A stretch of 64,000 nt of DNA from positions 106,494,397 through 106,558,396 of the forward strand of contig CM097887.1 of assembly GCA_044892525.1 (NCBI GenBank). The letters run 5' to 3'. Made by a program: the position numbers and the translations under genes. The notes under the pieces are model-generated. The model searched no databases. It was not told the DNA's origin and worked only from the letters and a program-made list of their open reading frames with translations. This DNA is from Schmidtea polychroa. Taxonomy: Eukaryota. Of the stretch, positions 49,601-62,795 are shown piece after piece (positions within the stretch are counted from its first letter, which is position 1; each line of letters opens with the position of its first letter).

Positions 49601-51808
49601 TAATTAATTATCAAACATTAAGAATTAAATGAAATTTTTGACATGCTAATATCAGTATAATGAATAAACAAAAAAATTGTCTTCAAAATAAAAGTACCAA
49701 ATGCTATATTTAAAATGTATTGAAATTTTTCAGTTTGTGTTTGTTTTATTTATTATTTAATGATTATATTAATATTATTCTAGCATTGATCCCATTCAGT
49801 AGACCATATTAATAATCGGGTAAAGAAATATTATAAATATATTTCTGCAATTTGATATAAATGTCTGACTGATTCCCACCTCGCAACAAATTGAGTCACG
49901 CTTAATAAATCATGGGAAAGACATTTTTCTTATATGATATGATTTGAATAAATTATTTTCCAAATTTTATTTAGTTAGATAATATAATTTGTATAAGTAG
50001 CAATTTTATTAGAAATAAATTAACAGCATGGATTTAGTTTCAATTATAATAAAATATTATTTTTCTTTAGAAACATTATCTTTGGAATGTAGAAAAATTT
50101 AACTATTTTTTTAATATATTAAAGTTTATTTTATCGTCATTTCTTTTGAGACTATAAATAAATAGTTTTTAGTTATTTTGCACAAAGTTTCGTAGCAATC
50201 TTTTTCGAATTTCGCAGGAATTCTCGTATTTGATCGATTGTTAAAACGGAGGATATTTGTGCAAAAATTAATTTATTTCCTCTAGCAATTCAAAATTAGT
50301 TTCATTTGAATTCGGGGAAAGATGAACTTTAGCTAGAATTTCAATTAATTAAATATTCCGGTTGGTTTGGTAATCAAGTTTACAGAAATCTTTATATATT
50401 ATGCTTTTGGACAAGCCTATGCGATTGAAAGTTTAGAAAATAAGATAATCGACACTTTTTCCGTTATCAAGGTTTTTTTTTAAAAATCACAAACATTAAA
50501 AAACCAATAAAAGTCAATAATAAAGTTAAAAACATTAACATCAAATACTAAATACATAAATAATAATAAAAGAGTGAATATTTATTTTTAAGGGACAAAT
50601 AAAAGGTTTCAGTAAAAAAGAAAATATTTTTAAAATATTAAATATTTTAAAAACTTTTAAACTAATTAAAAACGTTGATAATTTTTTAATTAAAAATAAT
50701 TATTTTAAAAATTTTAATTTTATTATTATATGCATGTTAATATCTAAAACGATAATTTCGTTGTAGTTGCATAATATGATAAGCCTTTGTTGCAAGCTTT
50801 AAATTTATTCAAAACAAAAAGAGGATAATAGAAATGAATAAGTATATTTTCTTACAAGTGTAATTTATTATGATGAAGTTTCATAGACTTTTCAGAACAA
50901 CTTGTTCCATTTTATTTTATTTTTGTTCTATTAATTAAGTGTCAATTGGTAAAAATATGAACGTCTAGTTGCTGAATGTTTTGTCATTGTTATATATACT
51001 ATTTATCGTTTGTAATAAATTAATTATAAGACATTATTATATCTTAAATGAAAATAATATTTATCAGAATAAACTTTACTTAATTTAGATATGATATGTT
51101 TCCCTTTCATTATTTTCCCAGCAATAATTGATCAATGTGTTAAATTAAAAGTTTACTAGTAAGGAAAAGGAAAGAAAAAAATAGAACAATTTTAGAAAAC
51201 TAAATTTTGATTTTCAGTTTCATTTATTTTAATTTTTTTTCACAATACGACTTAATAATTTTATATTTTGAAAATGGATATATTGGATAAATGGTGAAAA
51301 AATAATGATTTTTATGAAAAACTTGGATTATAATTATTCTTTAAAAATTATTAAATTTAATTACTCTTTATAAATTCATTATGTTTCTGTAGAAATTTAT
51401 TGAATTAAAATAATATTGTGAAACTTTCTCATTTAAATATCAGTTCAACAAAATCATATAAATAAATAAATAAATAAATAAATGACAAGAATGAAATGTT
51501 TTTTATTTATTTTTGTTTAATTAATCAAAGAGATGATTTTTAAACGTGATTTATGTTTAAGTATACGCATCATTGATTCTTTTACATGATGACATTCATT
51601 TTTGCAAAAAACAAATCGAATTAATTTGCGGTATTTGTATTTCGGTGTTCCTTTTGTTCTTTTTTATTTTATTTTATTTTGTTTAAATTATGAACAGGTA
51701 AATGTCAAAAATTGATTTTAAAAATAATATGATATTATAATTTATAATGAAAAATATTCCTTTAAGTCATCAGTTTTTTTAAGTATGAAAAATATTTCCG
51801 GCTAAACC

Positions 51809-53522
51809 TGTAATGATGGCGCACATGCAACCTGCTAGTAGTTCATATTAGATGTGGACTTTAGAAGTTATTTCTACATTTACTAAGTTCAATTCTGGCC
51901 TAACGAAATCTAGTTAAAATCTACGGAAGCACATTATATAATACAAAGTAAAGCAGGATATATTTCTAAACGTGTTTAGATAAAATATAAGTGTAGTAAA
52001 GTCTTTTACTTTGAAGTCGAAATGCATTATAGAACATAGAGAAATTAAATAAATATAATTTCAATTAACATACTGAATTGTCATAACAAACGTTGTCATG
52101 TTGAATATGAATGATGGAAATAATTAATAAAAAACAAGTTTGGCAGAGGATTTTCAATCTGCTATGTCTTATAGACAGACGAGTGAGGAGCCCGATAAAT
52201 ATTTGACTATCATAGAAAAGTTAGTCGATAAAGTATTGGGACATGAGTTAAACAAGGAAAGTTTAACAGAATATCTGCTGGTACACTGTGCTTTAAAACG
52301 AGAATTGTGTCTAAGTGACACCAAAGGAACAACAGAAGTAAAGAAAAAAATCAAGAAGTTACACGAATCTCGTATAGTTACAGAAGAGATCTATGCAGTG
52401 AGAGAAAGAAGGCCGGAACAAAATTTAACAAGAAGTTACAGAGACGCGGTTATAAATCAAGCAAGAAATATTGTATCACCAAGATATAATAACTAGCCGA
52501 GAGAGTATCGAGAAGTCCGAACTGAACTAAGAACGAATGTTGGACATGTCACAAGTCACATTTGAGTAGAGATTGCATAATAAAGAAGGCAGTTACATGT
52601 AAAAAAATACAAGAAAAAATACAAATACTCACATAGGATGAATAGAAAAATGATATTATTAATTATGATAAAATGCAAGGCCGACCAAGTGTAACTATTA
52701 GAATACAAGACCAGAAGATGGAATGCTTGCTCGATACAGGAGCTACAGTAAATGTCATGAGTTGGAGCAAATTGAAGAAACTTAAAGATGTAGAACTAAC
52801 AACAACGATTGATACATTGAGATATGTAAATAATAGTGTTTTAGAAACGAAAGGTAAAGCAATATTAGAAATAAGAAATAAATGGCAGGAAAAGAAGGGT
52901 AAAGTTGACGATAGTAAGTTATATGACTCCAGAGGTCATTGGTTGTATAGAGCTGCAAAAACAATTTGATATACAACTGAAGTGGCCAGTAGAAGAGGTC
53001 GAGAAAACGAAGCAAGAGCACATATGCAGTATCGAAGCCAAATTTGGGAAGACAATAACGGAGATGAAACGATTTCAAAGAGCAAAGAATACTTTAAAGA
53101 TAAATAACCCGATACTACTACTGAACATTATAAAAATGAATCAAAACGTTTTTATGGCTGATAAATGGGACATTGGCTGCATAAAGCTGTTGAAGCACAA
53201 AATAGAAACTCAAAGAAAACCGATAAATATTAAACCTTGGAGACAACCAGTCAACTTGGAAGGTAAAATAGATGAAGCAATGAAAAACCTATGAGAAAAC
53301 AATATTATCAAAACGTGTAATTTGCCATGGAACACTCCATGGAACACTTTAATATGTGCCTGGAAGAAAGAAAAGCAAGATATCAAATTATGCCTTGATT
53401 TCAGGCAATTAAACCTAGTAACAAAGAGAAATCTTCGTGTCTCTTGCATATTACTGATGAAAGCCAAAAGCTCGAAACTAGTCTACTATTGGGATTTGCA
53501 CTGGGTATCACAAAGCTTGTAA
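51809..53522 (+). mobile_element. Degraded, 3'-truncated Ty3/gypsy LTR retrotransposon (possible 5' LTR 51809-52136, gag, protease, start of RT)
   Basis: Zinc knuckle CWTCHKSHLSRDC (52538-52576); protease LLDTGATVNVMS (about 52730); RT N-terminus KHKIET...PWRQP...PWNTPLICAWKK...LCLDFRQLN. It has multiple frameshifts. The LTR/PBS call (TG...CA, then TGGCAGAGGAT) is tentative. Confidence 0.85.
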
Positions 53523-53524
53523 TG

Positions 53525-53893
53525 TTTATATTATTCAATTTTTTTTTCTGACAGTGCACTTCTTAGATCATTGGAAGTAACAAATACTAAAAATGGAAAT
53601 CCATCTCGTGTTACCATTCTCGAAACTGTGGTTTCAAGTGATTTATTATCTTTAATATCAATATAGTCTGTTAGTTTTCGTTTCTTGCATGTAGAAATAC
53701 TTTGGGATTGAGTTGTAGTTGCATCATTATGTCCATCCTTTTTTCGCCTATCAATATTATGAATACTTTTTAAATGTGTATGAAGTCCCTTAGTAGATCC
53801 TCATGTCTTTTTTTGTGAACAGCGTTTTCATTTAGCAGATGGTTCTGTTTCTGATCTGTCATTAAATTTCCATACTTCTGCCTTATCTGTCAT
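53525..53893 (-). mobile_element. hAT BED-zinc-finger transposase remnant
   Basis: MTDKAEVWKF...SAK*KRC...GSTKGLHTHLKSIH (BED finger), then SRMVTRDGFPFLVFVTSNDLR. A hAT-like end lies upstream at about 54175-54250. Confidence 0.75.
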
Positions 53894-55681
53894 CGCTAAA
53901 TCTGTGACAAAGTAAGAAATAAATTAATAAACTTTGAATTAAACATATATATGTAGCAAAATATGGTTTTCTTAAATTTTCTGATAACTGCTTACCTTAT
54001 TTTATTTAAAAACACTTTAAATAGTAAAATAAAAATGAGTAAATTAAATATTCTTTGTTAACAAAATAAAAATTAAATTTTTTAGTTCACTTAAATAACA
54101 GCACAAAATCATAAATACAAACAATGTAAATGATTCTTCATTTTTTTAGGAATTAGTTAATAATTAAAATGGTTTTTCTGGGACCAGGATTTGGGATCCT
54201 GAATCACGTAATTTCGGGATTGAATATATTCCCGGGATTGCGACCTCAAATTAACACCAAATAATAGTTCCTCAACAATTTAAATGTTGCTTGAAGACCA
54301 GAAATTTATAATTAAAATAATGAGGGATACCAGAGGAGATATGAAATCAAAAATAATTATTGAAATAAAAACTTTACATAGAACATTGAGAAAATTAAAT
54401 GACATTAATTAATTGAAATAAAATAGAGAAAAAAATGTCAATAATAATTAATTATTACAAATTAACAAAAATAAAAATCAAAAATAGAAAAATAATTTTT
54501 ATACTGATGGCTTGTCAATATAACAATATAAAAATTTATAAATGACACTAGAATCCCGGTAAATCTCCTAAGTTCAACTATCAAATTTAGCAAATGATAT
54601 TGGAAAATATGGCCAAATAAACAATGATGATTTAAGTAGTTTTGTTCTCGTTGTGACTCGTAGTGTCAAAAGGTATCAATAAAACTAAATAGTGAAAATT
54701 GAGATAAAAATGATAGAATTAAAACAATTAATTATTTTGAAAATGGTAAAAATAGATGTGATTCGGGTCGTTAAAAACATAGAAAACCTAAATATCTATA
54801 GAAGTGGTAGTCTGAATGAATAAAAGAAGAATAAAGATATTCGTAAAGTAAAAAGAAATGTAAGTGGTGACTGTACAAAAGTCTCATTTCAAAGTATCAG
54901 TGAAATGATTACAGTAATAAAGACTTGTTATTATTTCTACCGGGTTTTAATAATTGTAAAATAATAATTTACACCATAAAATAGTCCTTCGACGTCATTG
55001 GATTCGTTACAATTGTATTGACAATCAAAGTCCAACATATCAAAGCAAGGTATTTCTATGAAAAAATACAAAGTTTATTTATGATTAAAGTGACCAGACG
55101 TCCCGGATTTAAGTTGTTTGTCTCTCAATGAAAAGTGCCCTGTATTAGACAAGTAACACTTTCAATATTTTCTAAAAAGAAGAAAGCAGAAAAAATTACA
55201 GTTCTTTTGCTTCTTCTTCCTTCAGTATCTTCACTTTTCTTTTTTTTCATAAAATGTATAGTTGTATAATAAAATATTGTACATTTTAAGTTTATTACAA
55301 TATGATCTGGTTGGTTAAATAATTAGTATACAGGTTTTTTAAATATGTAAATATGCAAAACATATTAATTGTACGATATATTAAACTATAAGAAAGTGAA
55401 TACTTATAAAGACCTTGTTATAATGTAAAATTTACATACTCTTATAGTGAAGAAATAAAAATAATGTACTTGTTATAGTATTCCACAATGCACATATTTT
55501 ATTGTGTATTCATGCATAGGTCTAGTAGCAACAAATGTTTGACGTTGGACCAATAATTGCTGATTTTATATTCAAATATTTTAAAGGTCAAACTCTATTA
55601 AGTTATTGTAAATTCTAAATAAATAAAATTTATTATAAGAACTTTTATTCCAATTTCACCACTGATTATTTTTTCCATTGA

Positions 55682-55860
55682 ATTTATTAAAAAGAGAGCT
55701 TGAAGTCTATAAATCAGTAATATATCGATGTTTTTTGATACTGACAAATTTTCGGCACTACCTTATTTTCACTTAAAAAAGGCAGTGCCGAAAATTCGTG
55801 AGTATCAAAAAACATCGATATATTACTGATTTATAGTCTTTAAGCTCTCTTTTTAATAAA
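55682..55860. mobile_element. Palindromic (foldback) MITE, same family as 31090-31267; truncated third copy at about 60720-60810
   Basis: Inverted arms of ~85 bp (ATTTATTAAAAAGAGAGCTT...TTTTCGGCACT / AGTGCCGAAAA...AAGCTCTCTTTTTAATAAAT). Confidence 0.75.
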
Positions 55861-56906
55861 TAAAATTTAATTTTAAATCGTCTTGTCAATGAAAAGACTT
55901 TTTACAGATAAGTTTAAATATGAATTTAAAAAACATATTTTGATTTGAACATGTCCCTCATTCTAGTACTAAGAAAGTTAAAGCAAAATCGTAATAAATG
56001 ACAATTATTAGATATTTCCGGAATTAGAGTTTGATTTTTTATTTTAATTTGATTTTAAAACAAAACCAATAAAATTCAAACACAAATAAAAATAATTTTT
56101 TTGCAATATTTGATGATTGTCTTATTTACATAAAGACAAAAATTTACCTAACAATTTTAAAATACATACTATCCTGTTTTTACACGATTGATACGTTCCA
56201 GAAAATAACCTCGTAAAAAAAGTTTGTGTAACTGTAAAAGTGTGTATAGTACCAATTCTCAAAGACCTTTAAAAAGATTCGTGAAAAAACTAAAAATTAA
56301 AATCTTCAATAAAATACTGTGTTAAATTAAATGAATTATATTGTGAATTGTAAAATATTGTGAATATTAAAATATTGTAAAAATATGTAGAAAAGAATTA
56401 TAAAATATGAAATTGGTTAATAATAAATTTGAACATTTCAGGAAAATTTAGAAAATAATTATTCATGTATCAATTTAATTTCTTAATAAATTTTGATACT
56501 TTAGATAATTTTTGTTAAATGGCACGTGATAAACATTTATTATAAATTAATTAGCTATTTATTACAAAAATGATAATTCTACTTCTTTTATCCTTTCGTG
56601 ATGTATTTTATTTCTAGGGAACATAGGAATACTAAATTACTAAATATGCTGTGTCACTCAACATGCTCGAATAAATGAACAGATGTTGCGGTATCACAAT
56701 ATTTTGCGTTGTGTACCAGGAGTTGTTAAAGAATTAAATGACTAATTTTTGCAATTTTTCTCTGAAATGGATTTCAAAACGATTCGTGTATTTGTCATAT
56801 ATAAAATTAAAAATTAAAGAATTTCACCTTATGATTTAAGCACTTGTGCTTGTAATTAATTAACACATGAATTAACAATAATTAACACTCCATCTGAACT
56901 TTAGAT

Positions 56907-57380
56907 CAGGGATGGGGAACCTTTTTATTTCCATAGGCCACATTGAAATTTGTCGCCTCCAAATGGGGCCGCAGTCAAAAAGTATTTTAACATTAATTAA
57001 TTTTATTTTAAATCATTTGTTTATAATCAGTCTCCAGATTTCAATAATGCAGCTGTACGCAATATTCTGGAAAATTTTTATTATTTCTGAATCGAAAAAT
57101 TAATGCAAATAAGTCATCATTTTCACAAATGAGTGCTCAATAATCTTATTTATTCTTCTACATACGTTTTGTATTTATGGGGGTGAATGATTGACTTTTA
57201 TATTTCTTTCTGTGTACTCGGCGGGATGCTTGTACAGTACGGTATATATACAGTTCAGTAGTTACAAGTATTTTTATTTGTAAATAGTCAAAATTCAAGG
57301 TTTTTATCTAAAATAAGATTTATTGCGATAAGGCTCTGGAGGCCACATGCGGCTTAAAGGCCGCAGGTTCCCCACCCATG
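56907..57380. mobile_element. Non-autonomous hAT (Charlie-type) element, 474 bp
   Basis: TIR CAGGGATGGGGAACC / GGTTCCCCACCCATG with a perfect 8-bp TSD CTTTAGAT on both sides. Confidence 0.92.
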
Positions 57381-59129
57381 CTTTAGATTCTAAAGCAATT
57401 CATACCGAGTTGGAATGTTATTTTAACTTTTATAAGTCGAACGCTATACAATATGTAATTTGTGGATAGAACAGTGAACTTGGAAAATATCACACCACAT
57501 GCTATGAACATCATATTGAAATTTGGTACACATATCAGTAAAAGCGATTTAGGAAGGTTTGAACATTTAGGAAACACTTTTAGTGGTTCTTGTCCTTTTT
57601 GTTATAAATTGTTTTAAGATGTGTTCCTTTCATCATATGATGTTTGGATGCATGCTTGTGTTTATCTTTTCTACATTTTTTCTAACTTAATAATGCTCAA
57701 TAAATATTAGTCAATTCCATAATAAAATGTTTTTCTATACTAAATTATAAATTATAATGAGGCATGTTATTTTTCAGTTTTCAATTGCAATTCTTTAATT
57801 TTGTTTGTAACTTTTTATTATGAAACTCATATTCATACCTTGAAAGTTTATTGTATTATTTAATAAAACATTTAGTATTCAAAGTCGCCGAGTGAAGGAT
57901 ATTGCAGATTGTGATTTAAAATTACAAAAAATAATTATTTAATTAGAATTACTTGATTTGAATTATTAATTATTTTATTTTATTTTTTAAAATTATTTTT
58001 CTTATTAAAATTTTTTATATGATAATAAAAAAGAAATAATTTAAATTAACTTGGAGTTATTCAATAAAGAAATTGATTTAATATTTATTCAGGGACGAGA
58101 TGGTTTAATTGCTTTTGTTTGTATAATTTGGAAATTGTCATTGTTTCTTTAGTAGATGTTTACTCATCAAAATTGCTATTGGGAATATTATATTATGTTT
58201 ACTTTGTAAATTAGATATAGATTAATTCTTCCAAAATATGTTTACCCTATGAGTTTGGTATTTTACTTTCATTTTTTATTTTTATCAATATTTTGTTTAA
58301 ATTAATTTCTTTTCTCCTCATTGAGTTATAAACGATTTATGAATTAATTAAAATTATTTTATAATGAGGGCAAATGCTTTCAGTAAAGTATATGTCCCAT
58401 AAATTATTGTACTTTTCGAAAATTGTAGCCACAATCTTTTGTTACTTAAAGACATCGTTGTTGATCAAAGATTTCATGAAATTCGGTAAATTCCTTGAGC
58501 TTTACTTGCTAAAACAATTTAGAAGAATAATTGTTCTGTCTAGATAGTTGACATGCTTCATGTTCCAAATGATCAAGATCTTCAAATTGTGACGGAGGCC
58601 AAGAAATGTAACTATTTTTGTATTTACTGTGATAGAATTCATAATATACAATAAGTCCTGCCAATATTAACACATATAACCGAATTAATTTGAAAAATTA
58701 CACATTTCCTTGAAATTTAAACATTTAAAATAAAGTAAACTCTTCAAAGTATAATTGTGTAATTTTCTAATATAAAGACTTTTTAATTAAAATATTAATT
58801 AATAATATCAATTATAATTTGTAAATTTTCTTCAAGGGGTTTGAAATATACCTTAGATACATAAATATTTACCTATTTTTTAATGTAATTATATATATTT
58901 AATATATTTAAATTAAATTCACAAAAATAATTTCATGTAGACTCGTGTAATTTATAGACAAATGACAGTAAGCTGAGTAAAATATTTGATTAAAATGTAA
59001 ATATTGATTGTACTTCATAATATTTTATAAATGCATGTTTTTGTTAATAATTAAAACATTTGTCGTTTTAAAAATTGAAATATATCTTTTAATTGATATG
59101 AATATATTTAAACAAATAACACGTATTTA

Positions 59130-59210
59130 TTGATAGATTTATTTGATAGATTATTTTGATAGATTTTTTTGATTGATTTTTTATAGATAGATAGAAAGAT
59201 AGATAGATAA
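59130..59210. repeat. Degenerate GATA/TAGA-type simple repeat
   Basis: TTGATAGATT units grading into (TAGA)n. Confidence 0.6.
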
Positions 59211-60114
59211 AGTTATTTTATAAAGGTGTCTTTCTCAACCTGTGACGCATAATAGTAAAAATGTAAAATAACTTTTATTTTAATATTTTCACCATAACCG
59301 ACAATAAAATTTATCTTGCCTGTTTACTTTGCTAATTATTTTGATGATTGATTTGAAACTCGATATTTTCCCAATAATAATCGTCTAAAAACATCGATTT
59401 GCGTGGTCTCTTAATTTGCTTCTATAATTGTTGCATAACTCTGCAAGAACTAGGAATTAATTTTACGTTCCCTCAATTATTCATTATTTATATTTAGATT
59501 AACAATATATTTTCAAGAGATTTGTAGGCGAAAGGTTTCCCTAAATATTAATATATATTTTTATACTTTCCCGTGATCATCGGTTATGTTTTTTTGTCAG
59601 AAATATATCTTAAATCTTTAAAAACAAAAATAATATAAAAAACCCATAAAAACATAGTTTTTAATATAAAGTTATTATATATACAAAATCTAACGGTTTT
59701 TGATAAAATTCAAAAATTCAAAAATTCATTAAAATTTAAAATCAAGTTTTAGCGCTGTAAATTCAACTTCGATGTGTTAGTGTATGTGAGTGAGCGTGTG
59801 ACACCACAACTTAATAAAACGTATTGTCATTGACAATGAGTTTATTCAATAGTTTCAATTCGATTAAATAACTGGAAGTGGGTTAATTAGCTTTTACACG
59901 ATTTGAGTGCCGCATTCCTTCAACCCGGCGAAATTAATATAAAGAATTTTGATTGAAGAATTATTTCGTTTTCCACCACTTATTGATATTACTTACACGT
60001 CAAAGTTATAATGGAAAAATAAAATTCAGTTTTTTAATACTCTAAAAGTAGGTAGTTAGTAGGCCCCCGCAGCAACCGTCCACGGAGGGCTACACTCATC
60101 TTTTCTGTGATTTT

Positions 60115-60712
60115 CAATACAAAAAGGTCCTATACAAAAAAAGCATGAAATTTTCTCAATATAATGAGGGGGTCTACTTGAACCTGAGAATTTCAATACA
60201 AATATCAGTCTACACTTAAAAGCATGTTCTTTTTAGTGATAGTGGTATTTTGTATTGAAAATCCTAGGGTCAAGGAAATCCCTCACTATAGTCGGAAGTC
60301 CACACGAGGAAGTCCAGGGGGAAGTTAGACCCAGACTAATTTGTCAAAAAAAAATCAATTGCAAAATGGGTATAAAAACAACCGGTAAGAAAACAGAATT
60401 GTCAGTTAGTCGAAGAAAAAGAAAACAAGAAGTTCAGTAAAAGCGATCAGAAAACGTTAAAGTTAGTAGCAAATCGAACGTACCAGAAAGGCACATCTCC
60501 CGTTGGAAGATTTATCCCTGCGTAGATTGATAGTCCAATGAAAATTGCAGACCAAAAAGAGTTGTATCAAGTGTGGTTGAATTAATAAAAAGTGTAACTA
60601 AAGTGTAACTAAAGTTTTTTTATATTTGTATTAAAATCCCAGAACCATGGAGACCCAGTCACTATAGTCAGAGAAATCCTTGGTTTTTTTCTATAGGTCC
60701 CTTTATTTGTAT
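60115..60712. mobile_element. Putative non-autonomous TIR element (~600 bp)
   Basis: Imperfect ~30-bp inverted ends (AATACAAAAAGGTCCTATACAAAAAA vs TTTTTTCTATAGGTCCCTTTATTTGTATT) and an internal TCACTATAGTC direct repeat; no clear TSD. Confidence 0.4.
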
Positions 60713-62329
60713 TATAATAAGAACTTTTATTTCTTCCAATTTCACAACTGATTATTTTTTCCATTGAATTTATTAAAAAGAGAGTTTGATGACTATAAAT
60801 CAGTAATATTGAAAAGCATATGAGTAGCTCCCTGCAGCAATTACGTAATCAAAAAAAGCAAAAAAATGAGTTGCAGGAAAGAAAAAGTTGCTACAGGAAG
60901 CTACTAACTACCTACTGACATCAACAGTTGGAAGATATATTAACGGAAGCAACCCTGTGTCTAAAAACAATCGAATAAAGAATTCTGATAGTATTAAAAA
61001 CAGTATAGATAATGTGATATTAATTAAGCCTAAACTCATTACTGAATTGAATCACCTAAAAGTATATATTCTATCTCTCAATGCTTCATGTTCGATTGAA
61101 AAGTTCTCAGAAGATTTAACTAAATCACTGACAATTTATGATCCCGATGGATATTTTAAATATTCACTGATTGGCTATTTCTTTACGTTATCTTCACAGT
61201 CTTTATGGATAAACATTGTTCAAACGTTGTATCTGCAAATTCTCTTGAAATTGAAAGGAAATATAATCTATTAACAATCGCCAATGATGATGATGAACAA
61301 GGATTGCCAATGATACAAGGATTTCTGACAAATTCCCAAGCTAGATTCTATTTGAAAGAAAGATCAAAATGTTAAAGAAAAAGGGGATCTAATGAACAAA
61401 TAAGATGATATTACAACCACAGACTAATTTCTGTGATTAAATAAACAAGTAACAAACTTTTAAATATTTTTTAAATTAAGATTGAAAAATTACTGTTTCC
61501 TTTCCTGGTGGCCACTCTACTGAGGGACACCCACAGTTGTTGTATGTTTTAAGGGATATTATAATTTCTGTCGATGATAAGTTTATTCTTTTTCAAGCTG
61601 TTCAGTTGAGTATATATAGCATTATTTTTACCATTCGTATAAATATGAAAAATATCTTTTTTAAAGTGATATTGAAGTGAGACTTGATGCGTATTATTTT
61701 TCCAAATAATATTCATTATTCACAGGATTCTATTCATCAAAGCCAGAGCTGAATCCTGTACCATAATGTTTGGAATGATATTTATTATAAATGATTGCCA
61801 TTGTCATTTTTGGGGAAAATATTTCGTGCTTCGTTTTTATTTCCATCCCTGAATAGAGGCATTCGTTTAACAGTATTCAACATAAAATCTTCTTTTATGT
61901 ATTTATAATTTCTCAACTTACTGCAAAATGATTTGTTTTAATATAAAAAATCTATTTAATTAAAATAAATCATTTTGAGTTAGAGATAATTATATTTTTC
62001 AGAGAAATTTTTTTTTCAAAAATCAAAGCATTCATAAAGCCGAATTTCTGTTCAAATAATGAAAGACATAAATAAACCTGTGTAAATATATATTAAACAT
62101 TTTTAGGAGTTCTAAGAAAAGGTTGANNNNNNNNNNNNNNNNNNNNNNNNNNNNNNNNNNNNNNNNNNNNNNNNNNNNNNNNNNNNNNNNNNNNNNNNNN
62201 NNNNNNNNNNNNNNNNNNNNNNNNNNNNNNNNNNNNNNNNNNNNNNNNNNNNNNNNNNNNNNNNNNNNNNNNNNNNNNNNNNNNNNNNNNNNNNNNNNNN
62301 NNNNNNNNNNNNNNNNNNNNNNNNNNNNT

Positions 62330-62662
62330 TATCATCACAAAATGGATAATGTTTATGTAATGGTAAATTTGTTTGATTTGAAATACATGGTATATAATAT
62401 TTTTCTGGAAGAAAAATATTTAAGAGGATAGAACAGAAAAATAGAAGAAAAGTAACAGAAGTTAAAGTGATTCGCTTTACAATTGTTTTGCGCATTGTTT
62501 GGTAATTCATTCTGAGAATTGGATAGTCTTTAAATGAATCTATCAATACTTCTGATATTCCTCCTATGGATCGTCTACCGGTGATTTTGCTGTTCTTTCT
62601 AACTCTTTTCAGAACAGATTCGTCTTCTTCTACGACAGATTCAGTTTCCGATTTTATCAACG
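62330..62662 (-). CDS. Exon of an unknown membrane-protein gene (runs into a gap)
   Basis: Open frame after a TTTCTAG acceptor; acidic and basic segments, then the hydrophobic RITLTSVTFLLFFCSILLNIFL and a Cys-containing segment. Confidence 0.5.
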
Positions 62663-62704
62663 CTAGAAACCATTATTTTAATTAATTATCGCAGCTAAAT
62701 TTAC

Positions 62705-62795
62705 CGGCATCTTCAGAAGTCTCTAGAGTTATCTCTAAATGCTCATCAATGTCAATTGATGACACAATATTAGTTTCTTTAGATGTTGACTGTGC
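62705..62795 (-). CDS. Upstream exon of the same unknown gene
   Basis: TTTTTTTTATTATAG acceptor, 91 nt (AQSTSKETNIVSSIDIDEHLEITLETSEDA), GTAAAT donor. The 42-nt intron contains an in-frame TAA, and the phase matches the next exon. Confidence 0.5.

Noticed and set aside
60888-61274. 128-aa + strand ORF
   Set aside because: TTG start, no recognisable family and no splice support; possibly a repeat-derived fragment.
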